Positions 1 to 7,315 are shown, counted from the stretch's first letter. The stretch is DNA of 12,784 nucleotides from Promethearchaeota archaeon (GCA_048939765.1 JBHLPF010000063.1:1-12784), one strand, 5' to 3'. Program-made: numbers and translations. The notes: generated from the letters alone by a model not told the origin.

Positions 1-58
1 TCTGAATTTCTAGTTTCTCAAGCAACATCTATAGGCTAGTGTGTTTCGAAGGTGGCTC

Positions 59-541
59 ATGAGCCTCTCAATCAAGAAAGGTCTTAGTTTCGGTCTGACA
101 TCTGGAGTCATAACAACACTTGGAATGGTGGTAGGCGTCAATGCGAGCACGAGTTCCCGTCTAGCTGTGATTGCTGGCATTGTTGCGATAGCGATAGCTG
201 ATGCATTTTCCGATGCGGTCGCTATGCATGTGTCAGAGGAATCGGAAGGTGGTCATTCCCGACGAGAAGTTATGGAGGCAACAACAACAACATTTCTCGC
301 CAAGTTCATATTCGCTATGACATTTATGCTCCCAATTTGGTTCGTGCCACTTGATATAGCAGTCATGATAGACATTGTCTGGGGGCTATCAATAATGACA
401 GTGTTCAATTTTCTGCTAGCACGTTCACAGGATGAAAGCACATTTAGGGTAATCGCAGAGCATTTGGCAATAGCCATTGTTGTCGTTCTGATAACCTATG
501 TCGTGGGATTATCTCTCTCCACAATTATCTCGGACTCATGA
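59..541 (+). CDS. VIT1/CCC1-family membrane transporter (short form)
   Basis: About five hydrophobic helices. GLSFGLTSGVITTLG and AIADAFSDAVAMHVSEE match the TM1/TM2 pattern of VIT1/CCC1. ATG at 59 is preceded by GGTGG (51-55); the track start is GTG at 41. Confidence 0.75.
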   Translation: MSLSIKKGLSFGLTSGVITTLGMVVGVNASTSSRLAVIAGIVAIAIADAFSDAVAMHVSEESEGGHSRREVMEATTTTFLAKFIFAMTFMLPIWFVPLDIAVMIDIVWGLSIMTVFNFLLARSQDESTFRVIAEHLAIAIVVVLITYVVGLSLSTIISDS

Positions 542-600
542 AGACCTGTTACTGCCAAAACTCTTCAAATCCCACCTGACCCGCCATCAGCTTCCTTTAT

Positions 601-1254
601 TCATAAATACCGGCGAACCCGCTTCTTGTATGCACGATAATCCTCACCAAAACGGTCCTCAAGGAACTTCTCTTCTAGTAGAATTCTGAAATGTTGATTG
701 ATTAGGAATATGACAAGTGCTAGGCCAGTGAGAAGACTCGGGAGAATGAATACCCACCCAATCATCGCAATGTGTATGCCCAGATAAAGCGGATTTCGAG
801 AGTGGGCATACCATCCATCTGTCATCAACCTCGTCCCCTCCTCTACTTCAGGAATGAGCAGTCTGACACTGCTGCCAAGATGGAAGAATGCAGTCATGAA
901 TATCAATGTGCCAATAAACGTCAATCCAGCACCTACAAGCCTCAAGGCCTCCAGTATGCTTGTGTCCAAGGGCACCATGACAAAGACAAAGTCAATTGCG
1001 ATTACTGGCACCCAGATGTAGAGTATCGTAAGAGCCGTAAGATAGAGAAAACTTAGCAAAGCTACGGGTATGACCACATACCCCCACTTTGGAATATCAC
1101 TAGGCAGTACTCCAACAAAACTCGAAATACCGTCGAGTCTTCTCTTAATTACAATTAATCCAAGGATTGTTGCGACTAACCAGAATAACGCTAGAGAGAT
1201 CCTCGCAATCAACGCTCTCCCCGTTCCTATTGGTAGGCCATAGTGCTTATACAT
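601..1254 (-). CDS. Isoprenylcysteine carboxylmethyltransferase / PEMT-family membrane methyltransferase
   Basis: Multi-pass membrane protein with LMTDGWYAHSRNPLYLG and EEKFLEDRFGEDYRAYKKRVRRY, the family C-terminal motifs. The true start may be TTG at 1212, which follows GGGGAG. Confidence 0.85.
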   Translation of the reverse strand: MYKHYGLPIGTGRALIARISLALFWLVATILGLIVIKRRLDGISSFVGVLPSDIPKWGYVVIPVALLSFLYLTALTILYIWVPVIAIDFVFVMVPLDTSILEALRLVGAGLTFIGTLIFMTAFFHLGSSVRLLIPEVEEGTRLMTDGWYAHSRNPLYLGIHIAMIGWVFILPSLLTGLALVIFLINQHFRILLEEKFLEDRFGEDYRAYKKRVRRYL

Positions 1255-1324
1255 CTAATCATATGCTGTGATGCAATCTCAACTCTCACTTGGCTCACCA
1301 TTTCATTTTGAGCCTATACAGGAT

Positions 1325-1891
1325 TCAAAGACTATCATTCAGCGGAAGGTCATATTTCTCCAAGAACTCTGTCCTGAGAAGGTCCATGATAATGACGTCA
1401 TGTCGTTCTCCATCACGACATCCTAGCTCACGCAGTCTACCCTGCGATTTGAACCCGATATTCTCATAGAAGCTGATTGCCCCCTTATTGAATGCTTCAA
1501 CCCACAAGTAGACACTATGAAGTTCTAAGACTGAGAAGGCCATGTTCAACAAGACTCTCAATGCATCTGCTCCATATCCCCTGCCTCTCCGCTCTAAATC
1601 AAAGATTGCAAAATGGCCAATCTCACCAAATCGGCTGATCCAACTGATGCTTCCAAGACTGATGATTCCTATAAGATGGCCATCCTCCAAGGTTTCAATA
1701 CCGAATGTGAGCATACTGTTGTTTTCAAATGCCTCATTTACACTCTCAATATACCTGACCATGTCCTCGTTACTCATAGGAAGGGAAACGGGCAGATACC
1801 TATCCAGATCGTAGACATTCCAGTGAGGTAGGATTGTTGGTGCATCACTTGGATTTAGTTTCCGGAGGCGCACCACCTTTCCTTGATACAT
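1325..1891 (-). CDS. GNAT N-acetyltransferase, RimJ/RimL (Acetyltransf_3) type, copy 1
   Basis: VRLRKL N-terminus, acetyl-CoA motif RGRGYG, then NKGAISFYENIGF and GRLRE. Start moved to ATG 1891 by alignment with the paralogue at 6523..7083. Confidence 0.9.
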   Translation of the reverse strand: MYQGKVVRLRKLNPSDAPTILPHWNVYDLDRYLPVSLPMSNEDMVRYIESVNEAFENNSMLTFGIETLEDGHLIGIISLGSISWISRFGEIGHFAIFDLERRGRGYGADALRVLLNMAFSVLELHSVYLWVEAFNKGAISFYENIGFKSQGRLRELGCRDGERHDVIIMDLLRTEFLEKYDLPLNDSL

Positions 1892-1928
1892 GCTCTGTCG
1901 TATATACTTCCCAGTGAAAGCATTTAAC

Positions 1929-1952
1929 AATTATGAATCATGATTCTTAATT
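1929..1952. promoter_or_regulatory. 24-bp near-perfect palindrome, putative operator upstream of GNAT copy 1
   Basis: AATTATGAATCATGATTCTTAATT has 11 of 12 arm pairs complementary. It abuts a minus-strand TATA-like TTAAATG (1921-1927), about 30 bp upstream of the ATG at 1891. Confidence 0.5.
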
Positions 1953-1991
1953 TATTCTGACTGGTGTTCGAGTCCCACCTAAGCCGCCATC

Positions 1992-2975
1992 CTATTTTGC
2001 AATCTTGCCCAGTCTTGAGATTACTTCTTCGGCCTCAATCATCACTCTATCCAGCAGTTCTTTTATCGTGGGAATGTCTTTGACTAAGCCTACACCTTGA
2101 CCACAGGCGACAACCCCATGATTGATGTCTCCTTCCTTGTACATTTCTTCTGATTTGTCCCCAGATGCGGCCTGAATTAGTTGGAAAAGGGGCGCTCCCT
2201 GCGCCTCTAGTTCAAGCACTTTCTGTACTGCTTTATTGTTCCAGAACCTGTGTGTATTCCCAACAGAACGTAAGGCGAGAGTTGTATCGGTTTCCGCTGC
2301 TGCAACGAAGGCCTTTTTGAGATTGTCATGGATGGGACACTCTTTGGTAGCCAACAGTCTTGTGCCCATAATCACTCCTTCCGCACCAAGTGCCAGAGCC
2401 GCGGCAATGCCTCTACCATCTGTTATTCCACCCCCAGCAATTACAGGGACATCCAGAGCATCAACGACGGATGGGGTCATCACCATCGTTCCAATGTCTA
2501 GAATCCCAGTAGCTCCACCATTCTCATATCCGACAACGGTCACTATGTCAGCACCCAGGGATGCTCCTTTTTTCGCATATCTCACTCCGGCGCACTTGTG
2601 AATCCAGATGGCACCTCCGTCCCTAAATTTGGGGACCAAGTCTTCTGGAGCCTTGTGGCCGCTCGTTTCAATGATTTTCACACCCTCAGCCAGTGTGGCA
2701 TCCACGTAGTCCTCAAGCTTGTCCTGAGGCATCAGAGCAGGAAACAGATTGATGTTCACCGCAAATGGTCGATCTGTAAGAGATTGGGTCTTTTTGATAG
2801 CATCACGCAGATCATCAGGTGTCTTGAAGTTCGCACTGGCCAATACTGCACAGGCACCAGCATTACTTGCTGCGGCGGCGAATTCGGGACTAGAAATCCT
2901 TGCCATGGTCCCTGCTATAATTGGATACTTACATCCCAGCATCTCAGTTACTCTCGTCTTTATCATTTCACTCAC
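1992..2975 (-). CDS. Nitronate monooxygenase / FabK-like FMN-dependent oxidoreductase
   Basis: KYPIIAGTM, TDRPFAVNI, WIHKC, PVIAGGGITDGRG and GAEGVIMGTRLLATKEC are NMO/FabK TIM-barrel motifs. GGTGA precedes the GTG start. Confidence 0.9.
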   Translation of the reverse strand: MSEMIKTRVTEMLGCKYPIIAGTMARISSPEFAAAASNAGACAVLASANFKTPDDLRDAIKKTQSLTDRPFAVNINLFPALMPQDKLEDYVDATLAEGVKIIETSGHKAPEDLVPKFRDGGAIWIHKCAGVRYAKKGASLGADIVTVVGYENGGATGILDIGTMVMTPSVVDALDVPVIAGGGITDGRGIAAALALGAEGVIMGTRLLATKECPIHDNLKKAFVAAAETDTTLALRSVGNTHRFWNNKAVQKVLELEAQGAPLFQLIQAASGDKSEEMYKEGDINHGVVACGQGVGLVKDIPTIKELLDRVMIEAEEVISRLGKIAK

Positions 2976-3018
2976 ACATCTTCACCATTGACCAGATTCC
3001 CATAGATAAATCTCATCA

Positions 3019-3669
3019 TCAGATTGGGCAATCTCCCCTTCTTCGTGCCATGTCCTTTGCAGTCTGATGTGCGCGACGAAGAGGCTCAGGATACCCATCA
3101 ACAGTGCAATCCCTTACAATCCTTACAGAAGTAGCAAGTGTGATGTTATTTCCCACCGACACGAACACAGGCTTCGCTTTTCTCAACCAGACAGCCATGC
3201 CTATTACTTCATCTTTATCGCGGATGGGGGCTTCATCGCCAACACGAGAGTCAAGGGTACCAATATGAAGGCGCTTGGCCACACCTACAGTCTGAATATT
3301 CAAAACCACTCCAATGTACGAAGCTAGTCCCAGTCTTCTGGGATGAAGCACTCCATTTCCGTCGATAAGTATAGGCCCTGTGGCATCTAGCATCTTCAGG
3401 AGATCAAGCAAAATAGGACCTTCTCGAAGATAGAGATATCCCGGGATGTAGTCAAACTGCACTTCTCTATTCAAGGTCACCGTTTGAACTGGCTTCAGTG
3501 TTTCAACGTCTATTACAGCTGCACACCCAAATGCGAGAGGGCCATGGTAGTGTACATCCACACCCGTCACTTTACCTCCATCATAGGGCGGCAAGTCTTC
3601 TTTGACAACTCGTTTTGCAAGATCTACTTGTTCTCTGGACGCGTTTTTCAGCTTCGTTTCTTTAGCCAT
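3019..3669 (-). CDS. nfi: Endonuclease V (deoxyinosine 3'-endonuclease)
   Basis: GVDVHY, YIPGYLYLREGP, LIDGNGVLHPRRLGLAS, GVAK, PVFVSVG and PEPLRRAH give the full EndoV motif set. Probable start is ATG 3669; the track start is 3723. Confidence 0.93.
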   Translation of the reverse strand: MAKETKLKNASREQVDLAKRVVKEDLPPYDGGKVTGVDVHYHGPLAFGCAAVIDVETLKPVQTVTLNREVQFDYIPGYLYLREGPILLDLLKMLDATGPILIDGNGVLHPRRLGLASYIGVVLNIQTVGVAKRLHIGTLDSRVGDEAPIRDKDEVIGMAVWLRKAKPVFVSVGNNITLATSVRIVRDCTVDGYPEPLRRAHQTAKDMARRRGDCPI

Positions 3670-3774
3670 AATGTATGATTCCACAAGGGTGTCGTTTCCA
3701 AACCTGATGAACCTACTGTCCAATCGATTTAGCGACTAATAAGGTGGACTCCACAATCCGGCCATCCTGTACGA

Positions 3775-4344
3775 CTAGGGACGTACCCTTTGTGCGAATT
3801 GTGTGATATACCCCTCCTTATACATCACAAAGACAATCATGAAGACAACTATGCCCGCGAATCCAACACCAATAGCTAATGATGGATCCAGTGGTTGAGG
3901 AGGAGGAGTTGTGGTTTCTGTTTCAGTCTGGGTAGGTGTACTAGTTGTACCTGCAGTTGTAGTCGGCGCGCCAACAATAATCCAATTTGAGAGGAAATAG
4001 CCTTTGGAACATGTTGCAGTGACAGTGAGATTATCACCGCCTACAGCACTTATGGCGAATGTGTCGTTACGCCCGAATTTGAACACTTGCTCTGTATATG
4101 TTCTATTTGACTGAAACACACCATTCTTGGAGATCTCAATGAGTTCAACAAAGTCTGGTCCACCAAGAACGGTAACCTGATGAGTCACATTGACGAAGAG
4201 AGTCTGTGTGCCTTCATTGTATCTCAGGGTAATTCTGGTGACTGCTTTTGCCTCCACTTGAGAAGGAATGGCGAATGTAGCGATGAATGCTGCGACTAGA
4301 AGAATTGCTATCACACGGAGTCTAGTATTCTTCGTCATTGACAT
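3775..4344 (-). CDS. Secreted, C-terminally anchored surface protein with an Ig-like domain resembling superoxide reductase/desulfoferrodoxin-like proteins
   Basis: Signal peptide ending VEA, beta-rich domain of about 95 aa, Thr/Pro-rich linker (TTTAGTTSTPTQTETETTTPPP), C-terminal TM helix and basic tail. Four N-x-T sequons. Start is ATG 4344 or 4338. Confidence 0.75.
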   Translation of the reverse strand: MSMTKNTRLRVIAILLVAAFIATFAIPSQVEAKAVTRITLRYNEGTQTLFVNVTHQVTVLGGPDFVELIEISKNGVFQSNRTYTEQVFKFGRNDTFAISAVGGDNLTVTATCSKGYFLSNWIIVGAPTTTAGTTSTPTQTETETTTPPPQPLDPSLAIGVGFAGIVVFMIVFVMYKEGYITQFAQRVRP

Positions 4345-4416
4345 GGCCTCGTCGTTCTTAAGGAACCTTGGAAAAATAAGCATATTCTGAATATCCTTCA
4401 TTACAGGGATAGGCTC

Positions 4417-4430
4417 CCGTCAAGTGTCGG
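4417..4430. promoter_or_regulatory. Putative regulator binding site CCGTCA-AG-TGTCGG
   Basis: 11 of 14 identical to the perfect palindrome at 5512-5525. Followed by TACAAAGGTTATG (BRE/TATA-like) upstream of the ATG at 4478. Confidence 0.55.
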
Positions 4431-4477
4431 TACAAAGGTTATGCCATTTACTGGATTCAGTATTAGTTGTGATAGAA

Positions 4478-4693
4478 ATGGCATGCATAACAAAGCAACA
4501 AACAATCTCAAAGGCTGAATCCCTTGAATTCATCGAGTGCGATGAACCTGCCAGCTCCGAGCAGTTAGTCCAAGAATATGAGAAAGCTAGAGAGATTCGG
4601 AAGCATCTAGCTCAAGAAAAGGCGCTTCGCGAACTAGAACGGAGAAAGGCAGACGCACTTGCTGCAGTTCATAGGATGTCATTTATCCGATAA
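4478..4693 (+). CDS. Small hypothetical protein (71 aa), charged helical/coiled-coil
   Basis: Fills an otherwise empty intergenic gap. ATG 4478 is preceded by GTGAT. E/K/R/A-rich helical C-terminal half, with a hairpin over the stop codon. Confidence 0.65.
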   Translation: MACITKQQTISKAESLEFIECDEPASSEQLVQEYEKAREIRKHLAQEKALRELERRKADALAAVHRMSFIR

Positions 4694-4701
4694 TTCGGAT
4701 A
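4684..4701. terminator. Hairpin between convergent genes
   Basis: TATCCGA-TAAT-TCGGATA, a perfect 7-bp stem whose loop holds the TAA stop of 4478..4693. Confidence 0.35.
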
Positions 4702-4749
4702 TCTTCGAATAGCGGCAATCAGGTATCCTATGAGCTTTGGCAGACTTGC

Positions 4750-5475
4750 CTAGCTAGCTTCACAAATAATTCCCAGAGTTTCTTTTCGTTCCTGAGGAAT
4801 ACGGCGAAACAGCTGGATGTGTGGGATCAACGCCGTGATTATCTTGTTCTCAGCCTTCTTCAAATGCTCCAGAAAGGTCGTTCTTGAGATTTTCTCCTTT
4901 GATGCAATTGTCTGAAGGTCTGAACCTCTGGGGAATCTAAAATAGCCCTGAGCGTAGGCTGTCAGAAGTGCGTGTACCTGCTTTTCTGTTAGTCCTGAAA
5001 ACAATGCATCTGTCGTCAGTGTCAGAGAACTTGCGATATAGCCATCAAATGGCTTCTTCCTAATGATTTCCACCTGAAAACCATCTTTCTTCAACTTCTC
5101 CAGGAGTTTTTTGGCATTCTCGTGTTTGAATGCAATCAGTCTAAGATGTTCCCAGCCGTTCTCATAGGCAATTGGCGGTATTAATAGCAGACTAGGATCA
5201 CTGAGATAGTGCTGTACTGTTCCCGGTCCTCCACAAGCACACATTCTGGTAATGACATGAGTGTTGGCACCATTATGTATCTCATCTACTATCTCTACTG
5301 CTTTTGCCATGTCACTGCGTATTTGTCCATAGTCTTCTTTCTTCGGCAGGACTAGTTCCATGATGTCATGGCGATCGTTGCACCACTGAAAGATCTTGAC
5401 TGCGGGATTGTCTTTCGTGATCTCACTGAGGGGATTGTCATACTTTACTCTAAATACTACTTCGAATAGCGGCAT
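4750..5475 (-). CDS. HTH_10 (bacterio-opsin activator-type HTH) transcriptional regulator
   Basis: C-terminal LTEKQVHALLTAYAQGYFRFPRGSDLQTIASKEKISRTTFLEHLKKAENKII is the HTH_10 signature. The N-terminal domain carries WCN and CAC motifs. Probable start is ATG 5475, about 25 bp below a CATATATG TATA-like box, so possibly leaderless. Confidence 0.88.
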   Translation of the reverse strand: MPLFEVVFRVKYDNPLSEITKDNPAVKIFQWCNDRHDIMELVLPKKEDYGQIRSDMAKAVEIVDEIHNGANTHVITRMCACGGPGTVQHYLSDPSLLLIPPIAYENGWEHLRLIAFKHENAKKLLEKLKKDGFQVEIIRKKPFDGYIASSLTLTTDALFSGLTEKQVHALLTAYAQGYFRFPRGSDLQTIASKEKISRTTFLEHLKKAENKIITALIPHIQLFRRIPQERKETLGIICEAS

Positions 5476-5511
5476 AACGAGACAAGTCACGCTAATCATA
5501 TATGAACTCTA

Positions 5512-5525
5512 CCGACATATGTCGG
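5512..5525. promoter_or_regulatory. Perfect 14-bp palindrome CCGACATATGTCGG, putative operator
   Basis: Lies in the divergent HTH_10/serpin intergenic region, just upstream of the HTH_10 TATA-like box. An extra half-site TGACGG lies at 5530-5535. Confidence 0.6.
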
Positions 5526-5619
5526 CATTTGACGGCGCGGATTGACTATGACTTGCTCCTTTATTTGCCTGAAGACTCAAAAGACAAAATGATGCTTCTA
5601 CCACTCGGAGGAGAAACTC

Positions 5620-6522
5620 ATGACTAATGAGGAGGACCTCACAGACAAGACCTCTACCATAGTGACCTATCCCATAGCGGCTGCGCTCATGGAAGCTGAA
5701 GAATTCGTAATAGATTCCTCAGGATGGAATCCAGTCAAGATCATTCAACGAGACTTCTTGGAGCGATTCTACACTCCCTGTAGAGAGGAGATTCCAACCA
5801 TCGAGGAAATCAAGAGCGTCGCGCACATCGATGTTGAAGTGATTAATAAATGGCTGAAGGAACACGATTTTGATATCCAACTCGACCCTTTCGATGAGAA
5901 TGGTTTCGGCGTTGCAGCCATGCTTGATTTACTTGGTCTTTGGCTGGCCAAAGGGATACGAACATCTGTAGCAACAGAAGATGGTAGTACCTATCCAGGC
6001 GTCAGAATGGATACAGGATTCACCTTCAATACAGTGGGAGGAAGCACTAATCTCGTCGTGACTCTGGAAACAGGGGATCAAGATGTCGTCTATATGATGA
6101 TGGCTGATAAGGTCCCTTCCGGGTTCGATATGATCACGTATGTCGAAGAGATTCTGCAAAACATGACTCCAGTGGAACGAGATTACGAAGCAATTGTATT
6201 TCCTATGATTGACTTGAATGAAGAAGGTGAATTGGAGTGGCTAATCAACCTACAATTGATGATACCACAGGATCGGTTCCCCTTCTATTTCATTCAGCAG
6301 GCTCTCCAGCAAACAAATCTGAAGATGAATCAGGAGGGTTACAGAGTCAAGAGCGTAACTGCGGTGGCAGCGATGCTTGGAGCAGCCCCTCCGGAAGTTC
6401 CTCCCTACATCATAAATCGACCCTTCATCATGTGGATTGCTCGACCTGACCTAAGCAAACCGCTGTTTGTTGCCTATCTGAATACTGATGTTTGGAAAGA
6501 TCCAAGCGGACTCGAGATGTGA
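5620..6522 (+). CDS. Short serpin-fold protein
   Basis: Serpin landmarks in the right order: INKWLKEH (helix F), LDLLGLW (s3A), VFPMIDL, IQQALQQTNLKMNQEG (s5A), INRPFIMWI and PLFVAYL (C-terminal signature). GGAGGA RBS at 5607-5612. Confidence 0.75.
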   Translation: MTNEEDLTDKTSTIVTYPIAAALMEAEEFVIDSSGWNPVKIIQRDFLERFYTPCREEIPTIEEIKSVAHIDVEVINKWLKEHDFDIQLDPFDENGFGVAAMLDLLGLWLAKGIRTSVATEDGSTYPGVRMDTGFTFNTVGGSTNLVVTLETGDQDVVYMMMADKVPSGFDMITYVEEILQNMTPVERDYEAIVFPMIDLNEEGELEWLINLQLMIPQDRFPFYFIQQALQQTNLKMNQEGYRVKSVTAVAAMLGAAPPEVPPYIINRPFIMWIARPDLSKPLFVAYLNTDVWKDPSGLEM

Positions 6523-7083
6523 CTACTTCTTGGGAAGAACGCCATATTTTCCAAGAAACTCCGACTTCAGTATATCCATGATGGTCACATCATAATGTTG
6601 ACCATCTCTGAAGGCCAACTCTCTAAGTTTTCCCTGAGTCTTGAACCCAACCCTCTCATAGAACCCTATTGCTCGCTCATTGAAAGAGGCAACCCAGAGG
6701 TACACAGTGTGCAAGTTCAGGACTGAAAACGCCATATCAAGAAGGACAACTATTGCCTCCTTTCCATAGCCCTTTCCTCTATAGTCAGGGTGGAATATTG
6801 CGAAGATACTGATCTCTCCGTTTCGGCTCAACCAGCTGATATTTGCCAAGTCAATGATACCAATGAGGCTGGAATCTTCCTTAGCTTCTATCCCAAAAGT
6901 GAACTTAGTTTTCTTGCTGAACGCCTCGTTTGCTGACTCGATGTACTGCAACATGTCATCATGACTTGTTGGCAACGGAGTAGGCAGATACTGACGTAGC
7001 TCATACTGATTCCAATACACTAGGATTGGGTCTGCATCATGGGACTCCAGACGCCTGAGTCTGACCTTTTCTCCCTCATACAT
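6523..7083 (-). CDS. GNAT N-acetyltransferase, RimJ/RimL type, copy 2
   Basis: YRGKGYG, NERAIGFYERVGF and GKLRE motifs. GGTGAT RBS. The stop codon directly abuts the serpin stop. Confidence 0.92.
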   Translation of the reverse strand: MYEGEKVRLRRLESHDADPILVYWNQYELRQYLPTPLPTSHDDMLQYIESANEAFSKKTKFTFGIEAKEDSSLIGIIDLANISWLSRNGEISIFAIFHPDYRGKGYGKEAIVVLLDMAFSVLNLHTVYLWVASFNERAIGFYERVGFKTQGKLRELAFRDGQHYDVTIMDILKSEFLGKYGVLPKK

Positions 7084-7315
7084 TTCAAATCACCATCCGA
7101 CAAATCGAACAGCGCAATTTAACTATTGTGAAGCATACGCTGAAGGCAAAAAACGTATTTATCTCACCGATTTTGAGCATTATCTCACTCGGAAGCCACC
7201 CGCGACAGCTTAGAACCCCAAATGGAGAAGAGCAGTCCCCTCCCATCCCTTTTCCAGACATACTTTTAGGATAGATAGACAATCCCTACTCTTAACTTTC
7301 CAGGAGGAAAAAGTC

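Noticed and set aside
3744-3754. Short dyad GTGGA-C-TCCAC upstream of nfi
   Set aside because: Arms of only 5 bp, a single occurrence, and expected by chance.
4750-4764. The HTH_10 protein ends in CEAS, a CaaX-like motif, with an ICMT-like gene and a farnesol-kinase-like gene in the same window
   Set aside because: No prenyltransferase is present, ICMT/PEMT-like proteins are widespread in prokaryotes without prenylation, and a Cys at -4 arises easily by chance.
7097-7102. Lone CCGACA half-site just upstream of GNAT copy 2
   Set aside because: There is no matching second half, and it lies in the 5' UTR position rather than upstream of the TATA box.
7085-7282. 65-aa minus-strand ORF upstream of GNAT copy 2
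   Set aside because: It runs through the probable promoter and RBS of the GNAT gene, has no clear RBS of its own and has an unnatural composition.
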